Source: Ascidiella aspersa
Lineage: Eukaryota
Assembly (NCBI GenBank): GCA_963924565.1
Contig: OZ004613.1
Coordinates: 15,996,001-16,060,000 of the forward strand
DNA length: 64,000 bases
Direction: 5' to 3'
Each line of letters begins with the position of its first letter. Position 1 is the stretch's first letter. A model generated the notes under the pieces. The model was not told the DNA's origin, did no database searches, and saw only the letters and a list, made by a program, of their open reading frames with translations. Shown one piece after another: positions 1 through 14,200 of this stretch. The translations under genes were made by a program, and so were the position numbers.

Positions 1-613
1 CAGAAGTGCGACTTTTAAAAGAGGAGGCTTGTCGAATCGCCAATGAAAAGCAACGACAACTCTAGATGGCCGAGGCCGAAGCGGACGCCTGGGACGAGGA
101 GTCTTCATATTGTACCCCACCGACGCCGGATGACTCCCATGCTCACCGCGCGCAGATAAAGTTTCGGGAACCACAGGTCAGTAAACCGTTGATAGAACGT
201 CTACCAGCAACTGTCACTAACACCACAGTGACCCCACTTGTAAGTGGTTACGATTCATGGCCTCCCAAACTTTCTCCAACACTTTCCAAACCAGTTGTCC
301 AGACAAATTGAAACTTACTACCACGACCAACAGAATACGACTTCCCGGAAATAGGTGAACGCTTTCTGCCTAGACCTTTTGTAAAGAAATTCGACGGTGA
401 TCCGATGAACTACTGGTCGTTTGTTTGCCAGTTTACAAGTGCTGCACCTCTTTGTACGATATAAAGTATGCGTCTTGTATGGACTCAATGGTAATGCTGA
501 AGGCAGCTGTAGCGTAAGAGACTGCTCAGCAACACTTCACCACTCTCTTTTACACGATTTACTGCTAATTCTGATGAGAGAAATGTGTCCTCCTGAATGT
601 CGTTCCTGTCGTT

Positions 614-3600
614 GTGCGATATGGGGACACAGCAATCAACATCTACGCGTTTTTGGACCAAGGATCCACGACTACGTTTGGCGAACGTAAACTGGTGGAC
701 AAGCTTGGTGCATCCGGCAAGCCCAAACAGATCTTGTTGAATACCCTGACGACGCCACGTCAGTTGGATACCATTGCTATTTCTGTTTCGGTGGAGCCGC
801 TAAAAGGCGGAGAACCAATTAACCTCAATGAGGTCGTCGTTGTTGATAAGATCCCGGTGACACCGAATGCGGTTCCTACTTCGCAGACGTTAAAGGCACA
901 TCGTTCACTACGAAATTTACAATTATCCAGCATTCCCGGAGGAACCGTCACCCTTCTAATAGGAGCTAATGTTCCAGTAGCTCACAGAGTAAAGTCCATT
1001 CGTCCCGGAAATGGATCCTGTCCGAATGCCGTGAAGACACCGCTCGGCTGGTCGTTACTTGGTAGCAATTTTGATTCCACAGATTATCGTGCCTGTACCA
1101 ACTATATTTCTGCCGTTGAAACAGCGAACGCTATGTTTCTAAGTGACGAGAGTGATCTGCTACCTACTGATGAGGAGGTTGAGAATCTTGGAACGGCACT
1201 CTCTACTGAAGACAGAAGAACGCATCGCTTAATGAAAGATTCTGTGGAATTTGTTGATGGGCACTATCAGTTGCCACTACCCTGGCGACATGATCACCAA
1301 ATCATGCCCGACAATTTGAAAATGGCAAAGAAGCGACTTGGCTGCCTCGAATCCCGTCTGACTAAAGATAACGCGATGAGAACAAAATACGCTGAGCAGA
1401 TGAAGGCTGTCATCAACGAGGGTTATGCTGAAGAGGTGCCAGAAGAAGAATCGTCCGCAAAGGGTCGTGTCGGGTACATTCCCCACCATGGCGTTCTAAA
1501 TGCAAACAAGCCAGGAAAATTACGTATCGTTTTTTATTGCGCCGCTCAGCATCGCGGTGTGTCGCTAAATCAATCGTTGATGCAGGGCCCCGATCTGGTG
1601 AATAGTCTAGTCGGCGTGTTGCTCCGCTTTCGTAAGGAGCCAATTACCCTAGTGGCTGATGTTGAAGCTATGTTTTACCAAGTTGGTGTTGCTCCGCGCG
1701 ATCGCAACTGCTTACGGTTTTTATGGTTGCCCGAAAGGGATTTGTTCCTTGAGCCAACGCCTCACAGAATGAAGGTACACCTCTTTGGTGCAACTTCTTC
1801 TCCCAGTTGTGCTGCGTTTTGTTTAAGGCAAGTTGCTAGTGACTTTGGTGGCAAATTCGAGCCAATCGTTACATCAACTGTTGGAAGAAATGTTTACGGG
1901 GATGATTGCCTTACATCCGTTTCTGATGTTAACACCGGAATGACTCTTGTGGCAGGATTGCGGTCCTTGCTAGCTAAAGCCGGATTTCGTTGAACTAAAT
2001 TCTTATCCAATAACAAGGAAATATTGGACAGTCTGCCAGAGGATGAACTGTCCACACACACTCTTGATGAAATGCAAGAGAGGATTTTGGGAGTACATTG
2101 GAACGTACACACTGACGAGTTCAAGTTCACGGTCTCTCTACCGATGAAACCACGCACCCGCCGCGGAATGCTCTCCACGATGAACTCACTGTTCGACCCA
2201 CTCGGACGTGTCAGTCCAGTTGTTTTGGAAGAACGCTTGATTTACAGAAATCTGTGTCGGCAAGAAATCGAATGGGACGAGGAGATGCCCGCTAAGGATC
2301 TACGAAAATGGGAAAAGTGGTTAGTTGGTCTGATGAACTTTTTTTTACATGACGTTTCCATTCCTCGTTCTTTTCACTTGCATGCTTACGACAACATACA
2401 GAGGAGCCAGCTTCACGTGTTCGCCGACGCATCAAAGAAAGCATACGGTGCTGTGTGCTACTTGCGTTCGGTCAGTGATGATGACCAAGTAACGTGCAGC
2501 CTGGTGATGAGCAAGTCAAAATTGGTCCCGCAGGAAGAGATTTCTATACCCAGATTGGAACTGATGGCTGCCGTAGCAGCGGTAAAATTGGAGCAGACCG
2601 TAAGAAAGGAACTTGCCCAAGATCTGCGTCCATCAATATGTTGGACCGATTCATCTGTGATTTTACAAAGTATACAAAACGACAAGCGTCGATTTCCACT
2701 ATTTGTGTCGCGTCGCCTTGCCTTCATCGAAAAATGCACATGTACACGCAATTGGAAGCATGTACCAACCAAACTAAATCCCGCTGACTTGGCGTCGCGC
2801 AACAGCCGACGTACTCGCTCATTCTGATTTGTGGTTCTCTGCCCCAGCATTTCTGAGAGAAGGGCCCGATAAATGGGCAAAATTGTTTGAAATCAGCCAT
2901 GCAACTGTTGACGTAGCCGTATTTGAAAAGAAACCCACTGGGGTATTTACTATCGTGGTGGATTCCCCAACAAATCTGCTGTTGGAAAGATTTTCGTCCC
3001 TGTATAAGTTAAAGTGCGCAGTGTCGTGGATGCTACGTTAAAAGTCGTATATATTGGCAAGGGTCCGGAAAATTGCTTACAACGCGCCGTGTTCGTCATT
3101 GACGGTCGATGAGTTAAAAAATGCGGAAGTGGAGTTGGTTAAGTAGGAGCAACGGAGTCATTTCGCCCAATGAATGATTGGAATTTCCGGACAAGATAAA
3201 CTCACAAGCATACCCAGGTCGTCACCGATGTTCCGACTGGATCCAATTATGGCGGATGGAGTTCTCCGAGTCGGGGCCGCCTAGAGAAGGCACCGATTGC
3301 ATACGAAGCACGTCATCCGGCCATACTACCTCATAATTCGTTACTGACGGATATGATCATCGTTCACTTCTACGAGAGATCGGGTCACTCCGGATTGAAT
3401 CACACGCTCAACTTGCTAAATCAGCGTTTTTGGATTGTGAAGGGCACTGTCGCGATTCGTCGCGTCCTAACTAAATGTTTAAAGTGTCGGTGCCGTCATG
3501 CTAAGCCTTCAGGGCAAATGATGTCCAACTTGCCTCCTGCTCGTCTACAGATGAATTTGCACCCTTTCGCATACACTGGAGTGGACTATTTTGGACCGCT

Positions 3601-4195
3601 GCTTGTCAAAAGAGGACGCAGCGAAGTAAAAAGGTACGGATGCTTGTTTACATGCCTAACCACACGCGCAGTTCACCTCGAGGTTGCATTTGATTTGAGT
3701 ACTAACGCCTTTATAAATGCGTTTCGCCGCTTCGTTCCTCGGCGTGGTGCTGTGTTGCACATGTACTCGGACAACGGAACCAACTTGGTGGGAGCTGAGC
3801 GAGAACTCCGGGCATTCGCGATTGGAATCAGAGGCATATCGAACAATACCTGAAACAGAAGGAAATATAACGGACGTTTAATCCTCCTTGCGCCAGCCAC
3901 ATGGGAGGAGCAGGGGAAAGAATGATTCGTTCTGTCAGGTGCATTCTCTCTTCCCTGACTAACGAACGGATCCTGACCGATGATCAACTTCAGACGTTGT
4001 TTTTGGAAGTGGAGTCGATTTTGAATTCTCGTCCATTGACGCCAGTCACGCTGGATGTCGATGATGAGACACCGCTAAGTCCGAATCATTTGCTGAGAGT
4101 GAGCCCTGAAGCTGGTTTACCACCCACCGCCACACACGATCGCGACTGCTATGCACGTCGAGATTGGCGACACGTCCAATACCTTTTCAGATCAG
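614..4195 (+). pseudogene. BEL/Pao pol polyprotein pseudogene (aspartic protease, RT, Pao RNase H, integrase)
   Basis: ORFs 614-1993 (AFLDQGS; YIPHHGV, LMQGPDL, ADVEAMFYQV, FGATSSP, YGDD in place of YVDD), 2024-2827 (LHVFADAS, IPRLEL, WTDS, NPADLASR), 3353-3853 (zinc-binding region, GVDYFGP, AVHLE, SDNGTN) and 3901-4224 (EVESILNSRPL). Stop at 1991-1993 and several frameshifts. Confidence 0.93.
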
Positions 4196-4219
4196 TTCTC
4201 TTGTCAATTTTGGCGGGAG

Positions 4220-4925
4220 TGTAATAATTTCTCCAAGCTCCCCTACTGTTAAAATATTACATGTGATGCATGGTTGCGCATCGTGATATATAATTTTGTT
4301 CCGCCGTTTTTGTAAGCTGTTTCAGTTGAATTCGTTGAAAGTTATTTTGCTTGTTGTTGACTGGTAAATGTATACTTAAAGGTGTTTAAGTAAAAATAAA
4401 CCATCAAGATAAGTTTGTTAGAGTAACTGTATTTGTAAACTGCAGATGTACTATAAGTAAATTGTGGCTGTCAATGCAGTGAGCTGTTATGCCTGAAACT
4501 GTCGATAACTCGGTAAGATACTTTGCATTTTTACTAATTCTTGGTTACCACGTAAGTGACTTAGTTAAACTGAATTAGTTATTTATTTCCAGTTTGAACT
4601 TTGAAGTATTGTTGACCAAACTCTTGGTACTGTTTCGTTGTTTTCCTTCCACGTTTTTGGTGAATTCAATTGTACATTGTGACGTCATAGTCTCACGTTG
4701 TGGTAATGATAATTATGTTTTCACAGCTTGCTGTACTGCCACTGTGGGCTATACGGTCATGGTTTTTAAACTGTTGGTGATTGCTTCACTCAAAATAAAG
4801 TAATTCGTCAGAGGTTTTACATTTTCTGTTGATACTTCGATCACGATCGGTGTTAAACCATGAAAGCAGAGGCAGCGTGTGACGTAGCTAGGAACCTAGC
4901 CACTTCCAAAACAGGCCGCGTTACA
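4220..4925 (+). repeat. 3' long terminal repeat (about 706 bp) of the BEL/Pao element
   Basis: Starts TGTAA directly after the purine tract and ends TTACA (4921-4925); internal AATAAA near 4794. The second LTR is not in the window, so the end point is unconfirmed. Confidence 0.75.
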
Positions 4926-5052
4926 ACTGGGTTTGGCTAGGGATATTATTACCTAAGTTTAAACAATCTAGTTTTTGAGACCTTAACTGCTCATGCTTGT
5001 TCATTTACCCAAAACAGTGGTGTAGTTATTTTGCACGAGTGTCAAAGTCTTT

Positions 5053-5186
5053 GGCCCTGGTCAGAATCCTACCACAACGAACAGTATTTGGGTTAGGGTG
5101 CGGGTAAATGTTTGGGTAGGTTAAGGGATAACGTTTGGTTAGGTTATTAAATAATAATACTTGATCCACCCTCACCCAAACGCTAA
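5053..5186. mobile_element. Partial palindromic MITE (GGTTAGGG-containing family; same family as 43277-45217)
   Basis: CTGGTC-AGAATCCTACCACAACG...TTTGGGTTAGGGTGCGGGT and ATAATACTTGA..CCACCC..ACCC..ACGCTAA match 45022-45150. Confidence 0.75.
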
Positions 5187-6280
5187 TTGTAGACCAACAA
5201 CAAGTCTTTACCAAAGCCAATTAATTTTCTCTCATTTACCGACGCGAGAATAAATGATTTTTGTAAGGAACGCATTATGATTTTGCGTGTTAGTCTTGCG
5301 CCAATAACTATTGGAAACTGCTTACAATTTTTCTTTAAGTACTACAGCTGCGTTCAATTAGAATGTATGACGTCATGAAATTTTAGCCAATAGGAAGCGT
5401 TCCAATTATTCTTGGATTTCGAACCTCACAATGGACGTTTAACTATAGGTGATCCCACTTGGGGTCGCGGCCCACAGGTTGGAGACCACTGCTCTAATCT
5501 ACACACAACAAAGGTGAAGATATTTCCTCTGCTGGTCATCAAATTCTTCAACGCAAAACCTTCAGGTTTCGTCTTCTAAACTGTGATCGATGACTGAACC
5601 TCGGTACATTGACTTTCTCACACACCGACTCGGTGGACCACACTGGATGCTGTATTTGACCGGATAATCGATACCCAAAAAACTCAAAACGCATTTTCTT
5701 TCGCTAATTTATCCACCAAAAGGATTCCAGAATTTGTTTCAATCAGAAGATTCACTAGTCGTCGTATCATTTATTTTCCGTGTTATCTTGCTTTTGAAAA
5801 AACACTATTATTTCTGAAAAATTCAACTGCATTTTTTAAGAATTGTGTGGAGTGATTGAATCGTTCAGGGTTCAAATATCACAGCGACAATATTTAGGGT
5901 TTTTCGGAGCAACATCAGACGAACTTACCGAGAAGAGTATCTTGGAAATAATACACCAAGTGAATCGATTTGAGAAGCATCGAACACACACTAACTGACC
6001 CTCCTATAAGAGGTTATACAATTGGGTACGAGTAAGTTTAGGTGTACGAGAAGGAAACTGACCCGGCAATGGCAATAAAGAGTTAACTGTCCGATAAGAT
6101 CTTGGCTCAAGAAGATCAATGATGTGTTCCGCAAGGATGAATCCTGCGGATATTGATCTTCACTGGAGACGGCTCATTTCCGTTACATTACCTTCAGAGT
6201 GGCTGGCAAACTTTATTGTCGTGGCTAAAAAATTCTTTCAAGAACAACTGCAGACCCACTACGTGAAACCACTACTACAA

Positions 6281-9005
6281 CAGGGGCGGATCCAGATTTT
6301 TATTTGGAGGCTGTTTGTTTAATCCGGCCCGCGGCCTATTTTCCTTAAAATACATAGGCTAAGCGAAAATAAGGACGGGTTTCTACATGTTGGGTTGTGT
6401 CGTAAACACTCTTTCCAAGGACGGATGTAGTCGTGACTCATGACCCCGCCAAATTCGATTTTTAGCCTGTTTGAAATACTAAAACGGAAATTGTTTTCGC
6501 GCTTTTGCACGAAACACGAATCTCTTTCTCATATATTTTCGGCAACTTTACAGACAAAATAGCGTCCTCTGCACTGTGACACTTTCTCCAAAATGTTAAA
6601 CAACCTTAGCATAAATACTATTATATGTTTTTAGCCCATCAAAAGTATTCCGTCTTTAAAGTATGAGCGAAAAATCGACCGTTTTCTAAACTCTGAAATA
6701 TACCGATTCGCATTTTGTTAAATTTGTATTAAATTTGTATTAAAGCATTTTGTAAATTTGTATTAAATTTTTTCGTATTTTAATCTTAACTTTTGGGTCA
6801 ACGCGCCCCACAACTTTATAAACGCCAATATATCAAGCAATGTACCATTTTTGTCTGTTCTTAATGCTTCACGTCCTCCTCTAAATCTAAATTAAACTTT
6901 GCAGTTCAAAACAAACATAGTCAAAAATTTTTCGCGCTTCGCGCGACTTTTGTGGCCTTCTTTAGATTGCACAATTTCACATTACTTCAAACGTAATAAC
7001 TAATAACAAATCGTTATCTATTCGTCTTATACCATCACAGTTTCTGACGTCATATTGCGTGTATTTCAGATCCCATTTTTGACCCGGCCCGCCACAACAT
7101 TTTAAGTTTCTCATGCGGCCCGCGGTCAAAAATAATTGCCCACCCCTGCTATAGTGGCTTCTTTGCCATTTCTAGATTCCTGGGCCATCATTTAGTAATC
7201 GTATCGCCAGGAAAGTGACAACTGATAGTGACCATCGACAAATTCAGCAAATTTTTTTAGTAAACGATGAGTCCTTCTGTCTCCAGTACAGCGTGGTGTT
7301 CCAAGATTCCCAACGTCCTTATCAGTAGGTGGCAGAAGTAAACCTGACACAGGCACGATCGTCTGCAGACTCATAGCTTCGAAAGAGTAACGACCAGCTC
7401 ATCAGCGTCTTCTGGTTGTCTGAGCAGGATCCATTTCCTGGATTAATTGGCTTTACTCTCTGAGCTACTGGGATATTACCTCCTATTAGCAGCGGGAATT
7501 TTCATAATACGTAGCGAACGATCTACCTTTAACGTCTGCGAGGTATAGAAATCGCATTCGGCATCACGGTGAACGACGGCCTTATTGAGATTATGAACAA
7601 CGACGGCCTTATTGAGGTCGATTGGTGCTTCGGCCTTCAGCGGGTTGACTGAAACAGAAATAGCAATGGTGTCCATCTGACGTTGCGTCATCAGAGTGTT
7701 TAACAAGATATTATCAGGCTTTTTGGACGCACCAAGTTTGTCCATCAGTTTACGTTCGCAAAACCTAGTCGTGTATTCTTGGTCCACAAGTGCGTAAATA
7801 TTGATTGTTTTGTCCCCGTGTCGAGTCACAACAGGAACGATATTCAGGAGAACATTCGAGGAGTTTACGATGAAGCTATTTTCCTGCGGCTGTAGCTCGA
7901 CGCATGATTTTGTCTCATCAATATAGCAGGTATTCTTGGATGGCAGTTAGGGTTATTTTAATAGTGTTGTAAATTGTTGCTGCGCAGTGTCCGACGTTAC
8001 ATCTGTCATCGGCATTGCAATCGTGGCCACCTTTAAGACACCCAAACTAGAAATCATTCGTTCTTACAAGAACATGACGCTACTATACAAAGGTTATTTT
8101 TTTTGAAAAGTAATTTTCTAGGTTTTGAGCATTAGAACATAATGCGCACTTGGATATAGAAACAGAATTAACGATGGTGTAAGTCGTCACCTTGACACGG
8201 CAATTGGAAGGCTTACTATCTTCTTTGGATAGATGGAGCGCCTTTCCAAATATTGAGTTCGTCTGTTTATCTATTTCTTACGGAGGAACACAGGAAGCTT
8301 TCTTGTCACGGTTTGCAGCATCTTTAATAAGTCGACACAAGATGCATACCTTAATACCTTGTATCATGCAATCACGTACAGCATTTTTCTAAAAAAACAG
8401 ATATTTTATTAATACATCTGGGTCATTTGCCTTCATTCCTGGATCATTATTTTACACTGTATCCCTCCGCAGGTTCCTTAGCAAAGTCATTCAACTACTC
8501 GCAAATATGCGGTTCGCAGACTCGCAGTGTTGAATCAGAAACAATAAGCGCAAGTGGTTTCAAAGTGTAAATAGATATTCTACAACACTGAACAAATCCT
8601 ATATACTGCATAACACTGAAGGAAACCCTAAAGCAACCGTTTACTCACGACTGCTGGTAGTAGATATCAGAGTAGAGCAGACATATTTCCAATTTTTGCA
8701 TACCAGAAGCACTTTTAGTGTTAAATATTCCAGTTTTGCTATATGAGCAATGTTTTTGTCGTACATGCTTTGCCGCCACACATTACGGCTTGCCGCAAAA
8801 GCGTCTTGATATCGTTTAGGTTGCCCAAATTTTATTTTCGATGTTGCGATAGAACGCATGGCGCCTTTGGGCTAAAACAATTTCAACAAAATGAACTAAG
8901 ACATTCTAGCAACCTAAATAGATTCGCGAGGAAAGCAAGAAAAAATTTGAATTTAAGTAGTGAAAGTAGGCAAAAATTCCAGTTTCTTCCTTGGATCTGC
9001 CCCTG
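6281..9005. mobile_element. Putative composite TIR element (CAGGGGCGGATCCA...TGGATCTGCCCCTG) containing nested insertions
   Basis: 14-bp inverted termini with 1 mismatch; ACAA on both flanks (6277-6280, 9006-9009). Contains a hAT-MITE end (TTGCCCACCCCTG, 7136-7148) and a BEL fragment. Confidence 0.5.
7158..8340 (-). pseudogene. Older inverted BEL/Pao gag-protease-RT fragment related to the element at 1-4925
   Basis: Minus-strand ORFs 7476-7829 (GDKTINIYALVDQ...KLGAS...ILLNTL...DTIAISVSV) and 7192-7374 (DRRTHRLLK...EFVDGHYQL) align by eye to ORF 614-1993. The upper boundary is approximate. Confidence 0.88.
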
Positions 9006-11290
9006 ACAAAAAGTACTATAATACAACAAAACCTAAATCACACATACATATAATGTCACAGTAGTTTAAGATATCTAACTGGCCTAACTGACATTCAACG
9101 CTGTAAGGATATAAGGAACGGGGCGATTAGGCGCTGACGTTTTAACACCGGCCGTTCTGGCATAGCAATTTATGCCCTTAAGTTGGGTTTCAGTGAAAAG
9201 GTATGTTAAGAATAAGGCATGGGTTAAGGGTTAGGTGGGAGGTTGTTTTAAGCTTATTCTTGCAGTTAGGGACTTTGTAACGTCTACGCAGACGTTTAAT
9301 CGTGTTTAACCATCCTGAAGGTGGCAACACATCCGGTTGCCTCCCAATTCAACTCCACAAAGGTAACATGCCTTCACTTACCAATTTCGCATAGGTGAAA
9401 GCATGTCCCCTCTATAATTCATCTTTTCCAAAAAATATAACCAGCGCACAAACAGTTATATGATGGGCCTTAGTGTAAACCTATAGTATACGTGGTCTTC
9501 TATAGCTAAACATTGGTTGGCAATATTATTGTACAAATCAGCATCTATGGCACTAAGTTTAATAAAACCACGGTTATCCAGCAAACCAATACAGCACTCC
9601 AAACAAATTATTGTACTTTTTAAATTTGTACGTTTAAGCTCATTTTATTATTTTAACAACCATACCCTTTTAAAATAACATGGGTTTCATAAGAAATGGC
9701 TCAACTTTCGTGTATATTCTATTTTTTAACCTGGAATCGAACTTCGAAATTCGTACATTTGTTTACGGTTTTAGAAATTTATAATTTATTGGTAAAGCTT
9801 TGGAGCGTAGTGCGAAAGTTTAACTTTGGTAACATCGTGAAACGGCCAAACAACCGTAACGAGCTGCATACATGCAGTAAGCCTATGTAGCCCAATCAGT
9901 ATAAAGAGCGACAAAGGAAACTAGATGGTGCTCATGAGCTGTTTGATAACAGCACAGTTATTTTAGTTTTTGCCTCCCAATTAAAGCCCCTACTTGGGTA
10001 GCTTACACTTTTTCAATAAAACTCTAGACAAAAATTTATCTGGAACACACTGAACCAGGAATGGCGAACCACTGATCACAGATTTTCAATGACCCACTTG
10101 TCTCTTTAGAAATGCCTAAATGTTATCAATCATTTTCAGGAAAGGATAAATATTAAAAAAAACAATTGTTCGTTAAATAGCACCATACACTGTTTAAATG
10201 GGTCGTGCAAAAGTGTTTTAGGTGTGACGAGTAAGCCTACATTAACTGCACAAATGCGTGCAGGAAAGCAAACAGCTAAAAGCATTTTGTTTATCGCTTT
10301 AAATCGTAAATGGTGGCGAACCTTCAAGGAAAATTAAGAGCTCGCAGATTAAAAATTCTGAAAACCCTGGTTAAATCAATAAACCATGCTGAAAAGCTTT
10401 CTGCTGAACGCATGTAATTCCACAAAAAAAAGCTGCAACATTTTTTAACTATTTAGGTTCTTAATATTCGTGGTAATCCAAATTTGGAAATCGTCAAAAA
10501 AACTTAAATTACCAAACCAGACAACAACACTTAAAACGACGCAGCAGCAAAGTTTCGCATAAAATTAGTAGCACGTGCATTTTGCAAGAATTAAGATCGT
10601 GTTTATGACCCGTGCGATGAAAAAGGTTCGCCAAACCTGCACTAAACCAAAAAATAATTTCGGCAAAAACAAGTTTCCCCCAAAAAATGGATTTTAATAA
10701 CTATGTATAGACACGCCGAGTGCCGCAATAGACTTAAGGATGGCCGAGATGGCCTTGACCTTTACTGTTCGTTTAATTGTTACGCAAAAAAAAGGAATCG
10801 CTTTGTTTTAACAAACTCGTGCGCAGATATGCAGCTAACGTTAGGTCTAAAGAAACAAAACGTTTACGGACACGGTATTTTATTTTAAATTTACATAGAC
10901 TTAACTTTAGAATAAGACTTGCATTTGGCACATAAAACAGGTTTGCACATTGCTCGACATTATGTTGTTTATCACGATCTGTTTTACAGCTGTGGGGCGC
11001 AGCACCCTGGGGGCATTTCTAGTGCGCCAGGGTACGTAGAAGTATTTTGGAAACTTTTAGGAATCAGATTTTTGCTCTAAGTGTAAACCTCCTCATGCAG
11101 TCTTCGTGTACGATAAAAACATAACGAATATAATTGCATTTTCCTACATATCAGTAGAGTTGATTTGTTCCAATTCGATTTATTGTGACATTTAAGTTAA
11201 GCACTTGGCGAAAAATTAGGAGTGCCGCAATCGTTATATCTCTAAAAGGTGCCGTAAGCCATAAACGCTTGAGAACCACTGACCTATAGC

Positions 11291-14200
11291 CAGTGTTTTT
11301 TTTTAAGGTGTTTTAAAAAAATTCTCCAGCGGTTTCCCAAAATTTGGACTTGCAACTACAGTAGAAAAGTAATGGTTGTTTCTCGCTATGTCTTGTCGAT
11401 AATACGAATATAGCCTACGATCAATAGTTTACGTCCGGAAAAAAGAATAAGTGGAGGTACAGCTAACAGCTGAATCAAAGAGTTATTCACAAAAGTGCAC
11501 CTTCGATACTCGTCAATGTTTATTTCTGATTTATGGCGCATAATGATCAGTTTTTACGTGTGGAAACATAACAAGCAGAAGCCAACAAGCACACTTTGTT
11601 TGATTGTGCAGCAAACTTGTTTGGCGGTCGTGTTGGGCAGGCTGTTTGGTCGCTGTCACAATCATTTAAGCTGTGCCTTGTCGAATAATTCATTTTATGT
11701 TGCGTTGATTGTATGTAGTTTAAATGCCTAGGTTTGTACCGCATCTTTAGAGATTAATGTTTGTCCTAAAGTAATTTTTGAAATGAGAAATAACGTAATA
11801 ATTGCTTTTCTTGCGACCTAGATTCGAGTTAATTCTATTCCTTCTGGACTCTTCTCTGACTTAAACTGAATGTGATGAAGCTTATGATGTCATAAACGTA
11901 TTTACTCAACCTGACGTTTAGTTTTAACAATTGTTTGTGACGTAACTTAACCGAAGCTTCTCGTAGGTATAGGAGAATATTTTTGGCATTATATAAGGCG
12001 GCATATTTTGAGTGTAAAAAAAGAGGAAGGACAGAAATTAAGAAATTCGTTGAAGTGCTGACAGTTGCTATCAAGTTTTAATGCGTTATTTGCAAGTGCT
12101 ATTGTAGATTACTTCGCTCTTTTTGCCAGTTCTCTGAAGATTTTAATCAGCGATCTCAGAAGTCGAACTATTCAGTCATTAATTGATCAGCGATCTCTTT
12201 CCTGGTAAAAGAAAAGGAAGGCGTGACAGTCGCTATCTTGAGCATTTTTGAGATAGAAAGATTGTTTTTGCGATAAAATTTAGAATAGGCTATTTCTTAA
12301 ATACTCTTTCTATTTTTTAATTTAAAAATGTATAAGTTTTTGTGAGTTATTTCAGGTGAAAATGTCGCAGCGTAAACGCTTATCCTCTGATAAACCTAAC
12401 AATCGAAGTATAAAGCAGTTCTTTTCTGGTAAACCGAAAACACGTACTGCTGCTCTAACCCCCGAAACCGCATCTGCCAACAGCACCACAAGTTCTGATT
12501 GTGTTTTACTGAATGACCGCAATTCTGCTGAAAATGTTCAAGAGCAGTCGACTCTTCCTGTTGCATCGTCGACGACTGTTCCAGCTGCACCATCCAACAA
12601 GATATTTCAATCGTGGATTAAACTGAAAGGTTTTGATGATGCTCTATGAATGAACGTGTTCACCCTCCATGCTGACGGAGGCATAATATGTTTGCTTTGC
12701 TCTAAGCATCCAGTAGCTATCACTGGCCGAGGCAAGTTTGCTGATGTTTACACCAGCGTACCCGCCAGACCTCAGGGCCCCTCTCGTCTGGATATGCATC
12801 TGAGCTCGGAGCAACACCAGCAAGCAGTTAAACTGGAACAGAACCAACGTGTCTCGCTATTTCACACAAAGTATCAAGATCGTGTATTAAATAAAACCAA
12901 AACAGTGGCTGAGAGAGTACACCTAATTTACTGGGTACTGAAAGAGATAGCGAATGGAAAAGTTGCTTCCTTGCACACACTGGTTAACCGCATTGGTCAC
13001 AATGAGCGGCTTCGTGACCTGCGACGTACCAGTTCAACAGCAGTGACGGAGTTTATTTTGCTCATCTCCGACCATATGACTGATCGCATCGTTGCTGATG
13101 TCAAGCAAAGCCTATCTATACTGAGCTACCATGGTCGACGAGACAATACTACTTTGCAGCAATATATTACATTTGTTCAGTACGTCAATAAAAAGGGACG
13201 CCAGGCAACTGCATTTTTCGATATCCGTCGGATAGACGCTCGCGGGGCAACTGCTGCCAACCTATTCCGACTCTGGAAAGAGGATCGCTGCTGACTACAG
13301 TCTTGATGTGGGTAAACATGTCGCTATGCAATGCCATGGAGCTGCTGCAATGATAGGCTGCCGAAATTCCCTCTCACAGAAATTGACTGCACAAAATCCG
13401 ATTACCTACACAGTGCACTGCCATGCGCATCGCTTAGCCTTGGCATGTACGGACACGGTAAAGGATCTACAACACATCCAAGATTGTGAACGTGTCTTAG
13501 TCCAGACGTGGAAGTACTTTTCAATTTCGCCGCTCAAGACCGCAAAACTACAAGAAATGCAAACTGTCGATGTTGATTCGTCTGCGCGAAAATTAGTTAA
13601 AGCCTGCCATACTCGCTGGCTATCTCATGGCCAGGCTGTAATCGCAATGAAAGCAGAACTGCCTGCTGTACACGCTACGCTCCAATATTTTGCTACCGAG
13701 AAGAAAGATGGCACAGCAGTTGGTATTCTTCATTTAATTTGCTCCAAACGCTTTCTTTTCTCCCTTTACTTGCTGAATGCTGCTTTGTTCCACCTCAACA
13801 AGTTATCATTGTTGTTTCAAAAAGGTAGTTTTCACTTTTCTCACATGCAGTCGGCACTTTCAATATGCAAAAAAGAGATTAGGAGCATTGCCAATTCAGA
13901 TCAGATTTTAAACAGCCTGAAACTTGACTGGGAGAAGATTTCAAAAATTTTACCAAGATTATAAAATACACTTCTTGAAGATGATTTTAAACTGCTGCGA
14001 TTCACCACAGAAACATACTGTGAGGCACTGCTCTGTAATCTCGAAGAACGTTTCCCTGAGCCTGAGATACTCTCTGCTTTTCGAATCTTTGATGCTAATG
14101 AGATTCCTCTTGATACCCCTCAGCGCCAGCTTTAAAGGGGGGGGGGGGGAGATTTGACATTGTTCCTGCTGAACAAACCTTGAAAGTACTAAATGACTAC

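Larger units (their letters stand above)
1..4925 (+). mobile_element. BEL/Pao LTR retrotransposon, degenerate; 5' LTR outside window
   Basis: Gag remnant (KKFDGDPMNYWSF, ~385-435) followed by protease, RT, RNase H and integrase in BEL order, then a purine tract (GGCGGGAG, 4212-4219) and a TGTAA...TTACA LTR. Multiple stops and frameshifts. Confidence 0.95.

Noticed and set aside
1991-1993. Programmed stop readthrough in BEL pol
   Set aside because: The TGA replaces the Leu of GFRLTKF and the copy has many other lesions; simple decay.
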